Counted from the stretch's first letter, positions 18,833-27,744 are shown. The stretch: DNA of 42,259 nucleotides from Candidatus Aminicenantes bacterium (GCA_016926835.1 JAFGNX010000038.1:1-42259); one strand, 5' to 3'. A program made the numbers and translations. Notes: generated from the sequence alone by a model not told the origin.

Positions 18833-19321
18833 TCAGTCTCTTGCCCCCAATTCACGATCAAGCATGAACAGGCCCTGGCCTCTTTCTCCAATGAGTTTGA
18901 GTTTCTCAACGATTTCAGTCACGCCGGCTTCTTCTTCGACCTGTTCGTTGACAAACCATTGCAACATGTTCATGGTGGCATAATCCTTTTCACGAGTGGC
19001 CAGTTCCACCAGATTGTGTATGCATTCAGTGATGTGTTCCTCGTGGGCCAGAGATTCAGTCATCATTCTGGAGGCGGAGTCCCACTCTTTCTGGGGGCCC
19101 TTAATGGCCTGGAGTTCCACTCGACCACCCCGCTCGTTAATGAAGTGGTAAAACTTCATGGCATGTTCCAATTCCTCCTGGGCCTGTTTTTCCATCCAAT
19201 GAGAGAATCCACCGAGATTCATCTCACTAAATTGTGCCGCCATGGCAAGATACAGGTATGCTGAAAAGAGCTCTTCGTTGATTTGCTGGTTCAAAGCGTC
19301 TTGAATGGTTTTTTTGATCAT
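18833..19321 (-). CDS. ftn: Non-heme ferritin
   Basis: LNQQINEELFSAYLYLAMAAQF...QAQEELEHAMKFYHFINERGG supplies the ferroxidase-centre E/H ligands. AGGAGG lies 5 nt upstream of ATG 19321. The ORF-track TTG at 19339 is probably too long. Confidence 0.9.
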   Translation of the reverse strand: MIKKTIQDALNQQINEELFSAYLYLAMAAQFSEMNLGGFSHWMEKQAQEELEHAMKFYHFINERGGRVELQAIKGPQKEWDSASRMMTESLAHEEHITECIHNLVELATREKDYATMNMLQWFVNEQVEEEAGVTEIVEKLKLIGERGQGLFMLDRELGARD

Positions 19322-19363
19322 CGTAACCTCCTGGTTCAATGGGTCTTTTCGGATAGAATCGGA

Positions 19364-19528
19364 TCAGTCTTCCATGGGTTCAAAATCTTCTTTGCCGACA
19401 CCGCAAAGCGGACATTCCCAATCGTCCGGGATGTCTTTAAACGCGGTTCCGGGAGCAATGCCGGAATCCGGATCACCTTCAGCCGGATCATACACATAAC
19501 CGCAAACCGTGCAAACGTACTTTTTCAT
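19364..19528 (-). CDS. rub: Rubredoxin (54 aa; below the ORF-track length cut-off)
   Basis: My translation is [54 protein letters not shown]. It has both CxxCG knuckles. A GAGGAG Shine-Dalgarno sequence lies upstream. Confidence 0.9.
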   Translation of the reverse strand: MKKYVCTVCGYVYDPAEGDPDSGIAPGTAFKDIPDDWECPLCGVGKEDFEPMED

Positions 19529-19558
19529 CGCTTATTCTCCTCTAAAATCTGTTTTGAC

Positions 19559-19587
19559 ATTATAGAAACCACGATCGGCAAAATCAA
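19559..19587 (-). promoter_or_regulatory. Rubredoxin-ferritin promoter
   Basis: Minus strand: TTGATT (19587-19582), a 17-nt spacer, then consensus TATAAT (19564-19559). Confidence 0.5.
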
Positions 19588-19599
19588 GCTGGGCGGATG

Positions 19600-20238
19600 T
19601 TAAAGGCTCGAGCGGATCTTCTCAACCAGCATCGATTCCGGCGCCGCGCCTTCCAGGAAAACGGATTCATTGATCACGGTACGGGGAACCCCCATGACAT
19701 TGTATTTCTGGGCCAGGTGGGGGAATTCCGTGGCTTCAAGCATGTCCGCTTTTACCCGCGGGCTGTAATGCGCCATGCGGTGGGCAAGAGTGACCGCACC
19801 AGGGCAATAGGGACAGGTGGGAGTGACAAACACCTGGAGATGGATATCGGTTTGAAGATTGTCCAGAAAAGTCCGGGTCTCCTGGCTTAGTTCGGTTTCC
19901 TGTAACGATACCATATGGATTGCATCCAGAAGGGAAGCGAATTCGTACCCGCTGGGAATACCGAAAAAGCGAATTCCCCGGTTTTCATCGGCCATCACAA
20001 CGGTTGCGGGGATCTTATCTATTCCCAGTTCTTTTGCCCGCATCCGGTCGGCTTGGAAGTCAAGGACTTCCAGGTTGATCATGGGAGACAAACCGCTTAG
20101 TTCCGTAAGCAATTCACGAGTTTCCGAGCAAAAACGACATTCTGTTTTCTGAGTGAAATAGACCAGTTTTACGTTTTTGCTTAACTTGGCCAGTATGGGA
20201 TCGATCTCTTTCTTCAGGCTGTCGTTTATGAAAGTCAT
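19600..20238 (-). CDS. Two-thioredoxin-fold protein disulfide oxidoreductase (PDO / glutaredoxin-like, GlrX_arch type)
   Basis: 212 aa from MTFINDSLKK with two CxxC sites (CRFC and CPYC) in tandem thioredoxin folds. AGGAGG lies upstream of ATG 20238. The ORF-track start at 20361 runs into the promoter region. Confidence 0.75.
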   Translation of the reverse strand: MTFINDSLKKEIDPILAKLSKNVKLVYFTQKTECRFCSETRELLTELSGLSPMINLEVLDFQADRMRAKELGIDKIPATVVMADENRGIRFFGIPSGYEFASLLDAIHMVSLQETELSQETRTFLDNLQTDIHLQVFVTPTCPYCPGAVTLAHRMAHYSPRVKADMLEATEFPHLAQKYNVMGVPRTVINESVFLEGAAPESMLVEKIRSSL

Positions 20239-20262
20239 GAACACCTCCTGGGAAGTAAAATA

Positions 20263-20291
20263 ACTATAACATACATATAATGTAATTTCAA
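20263..20291 (-). promoter_or_regulatory. PDO gene promoter with an embedded palindrome
   Basis: Minus strand: TTGAAA (20291-20286), a 17-nt spacer ending in TGt, then TATAGT (20268-20263). The spacer contains the palindrome TACATtatATGTA (20272-20284). Confidence 0.5.
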
Positions 20292-20325
20292 CAAAATTGT
20301 ATTTATTACAGAAAAGAGCCTTGGC

Positions 20326-20354
20326 TTGAACCCGCTCTGCCGCCGTGTTACAAT
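20326..20354 (+). promoter_or_regulatory. Promoter of the GT4-GT4 pair
   Basis: TTGAAC (20326-20331), a 17-nt spacer ending in TGt, then TACAAT (20349-20354). ATG is at 20393. Confidence 0.45.
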
Positions 20355-20392
20355 CCATCATCCTGTTTCCAAGGGACTGAATCGGAATCGCA

Positions 20393-21454
20393 ATGATTGT
20401 TGAGCAATTTCTTCCGGCTTTTCACTGGGGTGATGCCATCGGCAATTCAACCCTGTATTTGCACCGTTTTCTGGAATCACAGGGAATTGATTCCCGCATC
20501 GTGGCGTTATCCCGGGATGAAGGCCTGGAAACCATGGTTACGGATTTTCAAGATTATCGAGAGTCCCCGGATTCCATCAAGATACTTCACTTTGCCGTAC
20601 CTTCGCTGCTTACCGATTTCTTTATTCGCGCCAAAGGGCGCAAAGTCATGATTTATCATAACGTCACGCCGCCCGGATTTTTTGTTTACTTTTCTCCTGA
20701 TTTGACGCGTTTTACCCATGCTGGCAGGGAACATCTGGCCCGGTTGAATCACGTTTTTGATCTGTGTGTGGCGGATTCGAGTTATAACGCACGGGAATTA
20801 ATCCAACTGGGTTACAATTGCGATGTGCGTGTTTTTCCCATCATGATCGACACCGCAGAGTACGATCGGCCCCATTGTCATGCGTACGGGAAACTGCTTG
20901 ACGATGATCGGCGCACCATTATCTTTGTGGGACGCATATCTCCAAACAAGAAAATAGAAGATTTAATCAAGGTATTATTCTTTTACAAGAAATATATTTC
21001 CCCCTCCATTCGCCTGGTGATTGCCGGAAAAACCGGCCTGCTCCCAAACTATTTTTACGCGCTGAGGGATCTGGCCGGGCGGTTTTACCTTGATTCCGAA
21101 GATATCCTGTTTACTGGACATATCCCCTTTGGTGAACTGCTGGCGGTCTATCGAACCGGAGACGTATTTCTGTCCATGAGCGAGCATGAGGGTTTCTGTC
21201 TGCCCCTGATTGAGAGTTTATATCTCAATGTGCCGGTACTGGCCTACAATGCCGGCGCTGTGGCGGAAACGCTTGATGGGGCGGGTATGCTGTTTCAGCA
21301 CAAGTCTGTTGAGATGATTGCGGGAATGGCGGAACGCATGATAACGGATCAGCTCCTGCGTGACCGGCTTTCCCATGCCGCCCGGGAGCGAATGCGTGCC
21401 TATCGCGATCAAGCGGATCCCGGTCGTCTGCTGGAATGGTTGGGCGAAATATGA
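20393..21454 (+). CDS. GT4-family (GT-B) glycosyltransferase
   Basis: 353 aa. The C-terminal half has FVGRISPNKK...SEHEGFCLPLIESL, the EX7E-type motif. Confidence 0.8.
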   Translation: MIVEQFLPAFHWGDAIGNSTLYLHRFLESQGIDSRIVALSRDEGLETMVTDFQDYRESPDSIKILHFAVPSLLTDFFIRAKGRKVMIYHNVTPPGFFVYFSPDLTRFTHAGREHLARLNHVFDLCVADSSYNARELIQLGYNCDVRVFPIMIDTAEYDRPHCHAYGKLLDDDRRTIIFVGRISPNKKIEDLIKVLFFYKKYISPSIRLVIAGKTGLLPNYFYALRDLAGRFYLDSEDILFTGHIPFGELLAVYRTGDVFLSMSEHEGFCLPLIESLYLNVPVLAYNAGAVAETLDGAGMLFQHKSVEMIAGMAERMITDQLLRDRLSHAARERMRAYRDQADPGRLLEWLGEI

Positions 21455-22620
21455 TCCGTGTCGGCGCGGTTGTGCAGCGCTATGGTGACGGGGTTGTGGG
21501 TGGAGCCGAAACCCTGGCCCGGGACGTGTGCGAACGTCTTAATGCCTCCGGCTTCGATGTTACCGTTTTTACCACAACCGCACGGGACTACATTACCTGG
21601 GAGAATGAATTCGCTGCCGGCGAATCCATTTTGCGGGGAGTCCGAATCCTGCGTTTCCCGGTGGCAGAACAGCGTAATATCAGTTCATTCAACCGGTTTT
21701 CCGAGGCTTTTTTCAACGCGCCTCCCCATGACCGGGATGAGCGGCGGTGGATCCTGGAACAGGGGCCCCGGAGCCCGGATCTGCTTCGGGCCTTGGAAAC
21801 CGATTACCAGGATTACGAGGTTTTTCTGTTTTTTACTTACCTGTATTTTCCGACTGTTCTGGGTATGGATAAAGTGGATCGTCCCATCGCCCTCTTTCCC
21901 ACGGCTCACGATGAACCGCCGCTTTACTTGAAAATCATGCAGCGTGTATTTGAGCGGCCTGAACGCCTGTTTTTTCTGACCGGCGCTGAACAGAAACTGG
22001 TTCAACGCGTGTTTGGCCGCAGCCAAGGTATGGATCTGGTGCGGACCGGAATCACCTTTCCTGCTGAGGTCGACTCAGAGTTGTTTCGCAGGAAACAATT
22101 GATTTTCGGATCCTATATGTTGTATGCCGGGCGAATCGAGCGTGGCAAGGGGTTGGAGGCAGTTTTTGATGCATATTCATCACTGCGCCGCCATCACCTG
22201 GTGGACCTGGTTCTGCTGGGACGCCGACTCATGGAGATACCGGAAGCCGAAGGCATCCGCTATGCCGGATACGTTTCTGAGCTGGAAAAATTCTCGGCTT
22301 TCCGGGGCGCGGCGTTTTCGCTGCAGCCTTCTTCGCTGGAGAGCCTGTCGATTACTACTCTGGAGTCATTTGCACAGGGAACCCCGGTATTGGCCAATCG
22401 CCGTAGCCCGGCCTTATCTGAACATGTCGATCTTTCTGGGGGCGGGCTGCTGTATGCAGACCCTGCCGAGCTGGTAGGCGGTGCTGAGCGCTTATTATCC
22501 AGCCGCAGGTTGCGTCTGCGTATGGGTGAAAAGGGGCGTGCTTATGTGTGTCGCTACTTTGACTGGGAAAAGGTGACGCAGTCGATTCGTGCCGCAATCC
22601 TTCAATTGGCCGGAAACTGA
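21451..22620 (+). CDS. GT4-family (GT-B) glycosyltransferase
   Basis: MIRVGAVVQRYGDGVVGGAE, YAGRIERGKG and ESLSITTLESFAQGTPVL are present. The ATG overlaps the preceding stop (ATGA). Confidence 0.8.
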   Translation: MIRVGAVVQRYGDGVVGGAETLARDVCERLNASGFDVTVFTTTARDYITWENEFAAGESILRGVRILRFPVAEQRNISSFNRFSEAFFNAPPHDRDERRWILEQGPRSPDLLRALETDYQDYEVFLFFTYLYFPTVLGMDKVDRPIALFPTAHDEPPLYLKIMQRVFERPERLFFLTGAEQKLVQRVFGRSQGMDLVRTGITFPAEVDSELFRRKQLIFGSYMLYAGRIERGKGLEAVFDAYSSLRRHHLVDLVLLGRRLMEIPEAEGIRYAGYVSELEKFSAFRGAAFSLQPSSLESLSITTLESFAQGTPVLANRRSPALSEHVDLSGGGLLYADPAELVGGAERLLSSRRLRLRMGEKGRAYVCRYFDWEKVTQSIRAAILQLAGN

Positions 22621-22661
22621 CGGTCGTTCCGGCGACATCGATCGCAAAGTGATTGAAAATG

Positions 22662-22670
22662 TGATATACT
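22662..22670 (+). promoter_or_regulatory. Extended -10 element upstream of typA
   Basis: TGaTATACT at 22662-22670, about 58 nt before ATG 22729. The -35 is poor. Confidence 0.35.
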
Positions 22671-22728
22671 TGAATTTCAATCTGATTACCCGCTAAAGCG
22701 GATCCTCCGGGAGCCAGGAACCCCAAAA

Positions 22729-24543
22729 ATGCATCCAATCAGGAATATAGCCATTATTGCACATGTCGATCACGGCAAGACCACGCTGATTGACGCCATC
22801 CTCCGCCAAACCGGAGTGTTCCGCAGGAACCAGCGAGTGGTTTCCCGCGTCATGGACAATACAGACCTGGAAAGGGAAAAGGGGATTACCATCTTTTCCA
22901 AAAACGCCGCCTTTATTTACCACGATTGCAAGGTGAATGTGGTCGATACGCCGGGTCATGCTGATTTCGGCGGAGAAGTGCAACGCATCCTGCGCATGGT
23001 GGATTCGGTATTGCTCCTGGTGGACGCGTTTGAAGGGCCCATGCCTCAGACAAAGTACGTCTTGAAAAAATCGCTGCAACTCGGACTGGCACCGATCGTG
23101 GTGATCAACAAGATCGACAGACCCAATGCCCGTCCAGCCGCAGTGCTGGACGCTGTTTTTGACTTGTTCGTGGAATTGGAAGCGGATGAGAAACAACTGG
23201 ATTTTCCGGTTGTGTACGCGTCCGCGCGAGATGGCTATGCCAGATATGAACCGGACAGCGATAACGACGACCTGACCCCTTTGCTGGATACAATCATTCG
23301 TCACGTGGCTGAGCCTGGGGGCGATGCCGACGCTTCCTTGCAAATACTGGTTTCGGCCATTGATTATGATCCTTTCCTGGGCAGGATCGGCACCGGCCGC
23401 ATTCACAATGGCACAATCCGCCGCAATCAGGATGTCGCCCGGATTCGGGGGGCCGGTGAATGCGCCTCCTTCCGTGTTTCCCGATTGTTTACTTACCAGG
23501 GTCTCGAGCGGAAAGAAGTGGAATCTGCTGTGGCGGGTGATATCGTGTCTGTGGCAGGAATCAGCGATATTGACGTGGGGGAGACGATCTGCCAGCGGGA
23601 ATCCCTTGTACAGATCCCGCTGATCCACATTGATCCTCCGACCATGGCCATGACATTCATGGTCAACGATTCCCCGTTTGCGGGAAATGAGGGACGATTT
23701 GTCACATCACGGCATCTATTGGCCCGGTTGCGGCGGGAGCAGCGCGACAATGTAAACCTGCGCGTAGAAGAAACCGATACCCAGAATGCGTTCCAGTTAA
23801 AGGGGCGGGGGGCGTTGCAGTTTGCCGTACTGATGGAGAAAATGCGGCGGGAAGGCTATGAATTCCAGGCCTCACGCCCGGCCGTCATTTACCGGGAGTC
23901 TTCCCTGGGGTTGTTGGAGCCGCTGGAAACAGCCACCGTGGACGTAGCGGACGAGTTTACGGGAGTGGTAATCGAGATGTTCGGCCTACGCCGGGGAGAA
24001 CTCATCCATATGAGCAACGGCAGCGGCGGTTACACCCGCCTGGAGTTCCGGGTACCGGCCCGGGGCTTGATCGGTATAAACGGAGAATTTCTTACCGCCA
24101 CCCGGGGAACGGGGATATTGAACCATGTGTTTCATGCCTATGAGGCGCACAAAGGAGAAATCAGGCGGATTGTCAAGGGAGTGTTGATCGCATTGGAAGC
24201 GGGTGTTTCCGTAGCCTTTGCGTTGCACAATCTCCAGGACCGCGGAGTGATATTCATTGATCCGGGCACGCCGGTTTATCCGGGTATGATCGTCGGTGAA
24301 CACAGTCGGGAAAACGACCTCGTGGTCAATGTCTGCAAGACCAAGAAGTTGACCAACATGCGAGCTGCGGGTTCTGATGAGGCCATTCGGCTGGTGCCGC
24401 CGCGGCGGTTTACCCTGGAACAGGCCATTGAGTACATCAACGACGATGAATTGCTTGAAATTACGCCTGCCAGTATCCGCATGCGCAAGCGCCTGCTGGA
24501 TATCCATGCGCGCAAGCGCGAAAACAAGGCCCGTTCCGCCTGA
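22729..24543 (+). CDS. typA: Translational GTPase TypA/BipA
   Basis: 604 aa. Motifs seen are IRNIAIIAHVDHGKTTL, DTPGHADFGGEV and NKIDR. Confidence 0.95.
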   Translation: MHPIRNIAIIAHVDHGKTTLIDAILRQTGVFRRNQRVVSRVMDNTDLEREKGITIFSKNAAFIYHDCKVNVVDTPGHADFGGEVQRILRMVDSVLLLVDAFEGPMPQTKYVLKKSLQLGLAPIVVINKIDRPNARPAAVLDAVFDLFVELEADEKQLDFPVVYASARDGYARYEPDSDNDDLTPLLDTIIRHVAEPGGDADASLQILVSAIDYDPFLGRIGTGRIHNGTIRRNQDVARIRGAGECASFRVSRLFTYQGLERKEVESAVAGDIVSVAGISDIDVGETICQRESLVQIPLIHIDPPTMAMTFMVNDSPFAGNEGRFVTSRHLLARLRREQRDNVNLRVEETDTQNAFQLKGRGALQFAVLMEKMRREGYEFQASRPAVIYRESSLGLLEPLETATVDVADEFTGVVIEMFGLRRGELIHMSNGSGGYTRLEFRVPARGLIGINGEFLTATRGTGILNHVFHAYEAHKGEIRRIVKGVLIALEAGVSVAFALHNLQDRGVIFIDPGTPVYPGMIVGEHSRENDLVVNVCKTKKLTNMRAAGSDEAIRLVPPRRFTLEQAIEYINDDELLEITPASIRMRKRLLDIHARKRENKARSA

Positions 24544-24604
24544 TAGTTTCAGGCTTGGCCTGATTCCGGATTCATGCTAATCTTGGTTAGTCAAAGGAAA
24601 CCCG

Positions 24605-25291
24605 GTGAAACCTGAAAGAAAGGCCAGAAATGGCATCGTCACTGCAGTCGTCGTTTGCAACGGCGAGTTATCTGATGCGGATTGTGCCGCCTTGCAGAGA
24701 CTGCGGGAAAAGATCGTGATTGCCGCGGACGGCGGAGCCCGCCACCTGGCCGCCCTGGATTTGACTCCGGATGTCATTGTCGGCGACATGGATTCCCTCA
24801 ACCCAAAGATATGGAAACGCTTTGCTGATGTCCAGGTAATCAGATATCCTTGCCGCAAAGACAAAACCGATACTGAACTGGCGGTGGAAATCGCGCGGGA
24901 GCGCGGTGCCGGCCGCGTTTTACTGTTCGGGGCTTTCGGTGGTCGGCCGGATCACGTGCTCGGTCATATCTCTCTGCTGTCGAGATTCAGCCGGGTTCTG
25001 GAGATCCGGGAATCCGGCATGCGTATCCGTGCCGTGATGGGGGATACGCTGGCAAATATCGATTTGCCGCCGGGGGGGCTGGTATCCCTTGTACCGTTCC
25101 CGGAGGCCAGGGGGGTAACTTCGGGGGGATTGGAGTTTTGCCTGAAACATGAAGTCTTGTCGCCGGGAACCCGGGGAATCAGCAACCGTGTATCCGGTTC
25201 GGATGCGTGGGTACGCGTGGAAGAGGGCGGCCTGCTCTTGTGCAGTCGTGAAAATGGTCCCACTGATGATAGAGCAGAAGACGCGGTTTGA
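24605..25291 (+). CDS. thiN: Thiamine pyrophosphokinase
   Basis: VVCNGE, IAADGGARHL, VGDMDS, KDKTDTELAV and a C-terminal thiamine-binding beta domain are present. The start codon is GTG. Confidence 0.8.
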   Translation: MKPERKARNGIVTAVVVCNGELSDADCAALQRLREKIVIAADGGARHLAALDLTPDVIVGDMDSLNPKIWKRFADVQVIRYPCRKDKTDTELAVEIARERGAGRVLLFGAFGGRPDHVLGHISLLSRFSRVLEIRESGMRIRAVMGDTLANIDLPPGGLVSLVPFPEARGVTSGGLEFCLKHEVLSPGTRGISNRVSGSDAWVRVEEGGLLLCSRENGPTDDRAEDAV

Positions 25292-25967
25292 TTTTGGCCC
25301 TGCTGCCGACCGATACGATGAATGGTACGAAAGCCGTGAAGGCGAACGCTTCGATATGCTGGAGAAAGCGGCAGTCTCGCGCTTGTTGAACCACAAGCCC
25401 CAGGCGGGGAAGTTACTGGAAGTCGGGTCCGGTACCGGCTGGTGGAGTGATTTTTTCGCCCGGATGGGATTTCACGTGACCGGAGTGGACATCTCTCCGG
25501 ACATGGTGGGTGTTGCCCAGAAAAAGGCCATTGCGGGGGCAACTTTTCTTCGGGCGGATGCCCATGATCTGCCCTTTGTCAATGGTTGTTTCGACGTTTC
25601 CGCCGCCATAACCTCTCTGGAATTTGCGGCTGAACCGGAATTTGTAGTTGGCGAGATGATCCGGTGTACCCGACGCGACGGCAAATTGATTCTGGGAGTA
25701 TTGAATGCGCAGTCAGCGTATAACCGCTTACGCGGGAATCAATACGGATCGCCTTTTGCGGTGGCGCGTTTATTCTCTTTAAGAGAGTTGAATCCGCTCT
25801 TGGCACCCCTGGGCCGGGTACGGGTGATTCCCTGCGCGTTTCCTTTTTCGTTGGGATGGCCGCTGGCAGTCGGAAAAAGGCTGGATGTGATCCAGCAACG
25901 GCTCGGGTGCGTCAATGGCGCTTTTTTAGCCGTGGAGGTGAACTTGTGCGGATCCAGGCTGAATTGA
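25254..25967 (+). CDS. Class I SAM-dependent methyltransferase
   Basis: SAM motif I is LLEVGSGTGWWSDFF, followed by VTGVDISPDMV. The start is ATG 25254 or 25266. It overlaps the TPK end. Confidence 0.8.
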   Translation: MVPLMIEQKTRFDFGPAADRYDEWYESREGERFDMLEKAAVSRLLNHKPQAGKLLEVGSGTGWWSDFFARMGFHVTGVDISPDMVGVAQKKAIAGATFLRADAHDLPFVNGCFDVSAAITSLEFAAEPEFVVGEMIRCTRRDGKLILGVLNAQSAYNRLRGNQYGSPFAVARLFSLRELNPLLAPLGRVRVIPCAFPFSLGWPLAVGKRLDVIQQRLGCVNGAFLAVEVNLCGSRLN

Positions 25968-26197
25968 ATTTTTATCCACTGGGAACGGATGCGGTTGGTG
26001 AGCGCGTCCAAACGTTTGTGGATGGGTTGTCGCTGCCGGGGATTTCCGTATACCCGGGTGCCATGAGTACCGTGATTGCCGGAGAAGAGGCCAAGGTTTT
26101 CCAGGCGCTGCAACACTGTTTCTCGCAATCCGCACAAGCCGGATCCGTGGTGTTGTGCGCCCGTTTCTCCAATGCCTGTCCCCTGCCCGGTAAGTAG
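25946..26197 (+). CDS. MTH1187/YkoF-like (DUF77, thiamine-binding protein family) small protein
   Basis: GTG 25946 is preceded by GGAGGTG. VRIQAELNFYPLGT...PGAMSTVIAGEEAKVFQALQHCFSQSAQAGS follows the MTH1187 pattern (ITAELTVIPLGT...GMGTLLEAE...) as I recall it. Confidence 0.65.
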   Translation: MRIQAELNFYPLGTDAVGERVQTFVDGLSLPGISVYPGAMSTVIAGEEAKVFQALQHCFSQSAQAGSVVLCARFSNACPLPGK

Positions 26198-26532
26198 CGG
26201 ATATGAATGGATATTCATCCATCAGAACCACAAACAGAAAAGCAGGTCATTCCCTGTCTTGCACGAAATGGTATTGCGAATCAGGAGGGCATGTTTCCGT
26301 TGCGCGTCATCTTGCTCAATTCAGCCAACGGGAGAGCAAAGTCGATAACTGAGGTGAAGACAAGGCGCCGCTGTGACAACGGTCGCCGAAAATTACCCTT
26401 TCGCCGCATCCACCCGGGCGGAAATCGGACCAGGTTTTCGGGTCTGCGGGATCAATGAAAGGCGGTATCTGGACCTCCTTCTGCCTCTTTGGAATCAATG
26501 ATATCAGATACGTGAGCTGGGGAAAATCGCTT

Positions 26533-26561
26533 TTGCCGTCTTCACTGATCGGTGATATAAT
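26533..26561 (+). promoter_or_regulatory. Promoter of the acyltransferase gene
   Basis: TTGCCG (26533-26538), a 17-nt spacer ending in TGa, then TATAAT (26556-26561), 20 nt before ATG 26582. It overlaps an 8-bp hairpin GGTGATAT/ATATCGCC. Confidence 0.45.
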
Positions 26562-26581
26562 TAAAGATATCGCCGGAATCC

Positions 26582-27640
26582 ATGCAGATACGACGCAAAA
26601 CCCATATTCCGCCACGCAATCGTCTGGTCTTCGGCCTGGCGCGACGTTTCGGGATCTGGGGCTTTCGCTTGTGGTGCCGTCCCCATCTGGAATTGAATCC
26701 GGACTTGAGAAAAATCGCGGACAACGGGGCGGTTTTCCTTTATGCAGCCTTGCACAAGAGCCTTTGGGAAACAACAGGCATCCAGGTGGCTTTGACCGAA
26801 TCCGGCATGGAAGTTCCCTGGGTCGGCATGGGGGACAACCTGGTTCGTGGGCGGTTTTTTCAGGGTATTGTGGAGCGTGCCGGCGGCTTTCTGATCCGCC
26901 GTCCACGCAATCGACGGGACCTGATCCTGTCCGCCAGACAATTGCGGGATTCCGTATTGTCTCTGCTGGAGACCCGCAGATCGGTTCTGGTGTTTCCCGA
27001 AGGCACGCGCAGAAGTATTCCCGATCATCACCGCCATGGACCTTTCTTCCCTGCCGTTTTCGAGGCCGTGCTTGAATATGCCCGGGAGCAGGAAAGCCGG
27101 GACGGCGAGAAGATGCCCCCGGTTTTTATTGTGCCTGTAAACGTCGATTATGCCAAAGTCCGGGAAGACCGGGAAATGCTGGGGCGCCGGAGTGGTCCGC
27201 TGACTCTGCATGTTCGAGATTCCGTGAAGATGATCCGTCATATTGGTGATGTGTATGTGTCTTTCGGCGCGCCTTTCGACGTGTCGACTCTGACTCATAT
27301 GGACCGGCGATCGCTGGCTGAAGAAACCCGCAATGCATGTCTGGACCTGGTGAAAGTGTTGCCGGTCAACATCGTGGCCCACGGCATGCTGCGGGCCTTT
27401 CGAAATGGGCATGTCGATTCCGGACACATTCATGACGGTATCGCCGCCGTGATGGACGAGTTGAATCCTTATGCCCATCGCCTGCGGGGAATGTCGTTTC
27501 GGGATGACCCGCCGGAACTGATCCGGCGGGTAGCCCGGTTCAACCCGCTTTTTCGCGATTTTTCCCTGCGGACTCTGCCGGTTGTACGGCTCTATGCCGA
27601 CTACATCGCCCATCTTGTGCCGTCTCCGATTACGGCTTGA
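26582..27640 (+). CDS. PlsB/GPAT-like glycerolipid acyltransferase (352 aa)
   Basis: Four acyltransferase blocks are present: LHKSLWE (H-x4-E variant), AGGFLIRRPR, VFPEGTRRS and VFIVPVNVDYA. Confidence 0.72.
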   Translation: MQIRRKTHIPPRNRLVFGLARRFGIWGFRLWCRPHLELNPDLRKIADNGAVFLYAALHKSLWETTGIQVALTESGMEVPWVGMGDNLVRGRFFQGIVERAGGFLIRRPRNRRDLILSARQLRDSVLSLLETRRSVLVFPEGTRRSIPDHHRHGPFFPAVFEAVLEYAREQESRDGEKMPPVFIVPVNVDYAKVREDREMLGRRSGPLTLHVRDSVKMIRHIGDVYVSFGAPFDVSTLTHMDRRSLAEETRNACLDLVKVLPVNIVAHGMLRAFRNGHVDSGHIHDGIAAVMDELNPYAHRLRGMSFRDDPPELIRRVARFNPLFRDFSLRTLPVVRLYADYIAHLVPSPITA

Positions 27641-27735
27641 TTCCTGAGAAAATGACGCTTCCAGAAGTGGTCGCCGTAACCGGTAGCCGAGGAATGAGCC
27701 GCGGGCTTGATTTCGTGTGAAAACGTCGTTGCCTG

Positions 27736-27744
27736 TGGTATACT
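27736..27744 (+). promoter_or_regulatory. Extended -10 element directly upstream of the murG-murJ fusion
   Basis: TGgTATACT at 27736-27744, 10 nt before ATG 27755. Confidence 0.4.

Noticed and set aside
22693-23628. 311-aa ORF on the minus strand
   Set aside because: It lies entirely antisense to the strongly supported typA gene. It has no recognisable motifs, start context or promoter. It is a typical shadow ORF in GC-rich coding DNA.
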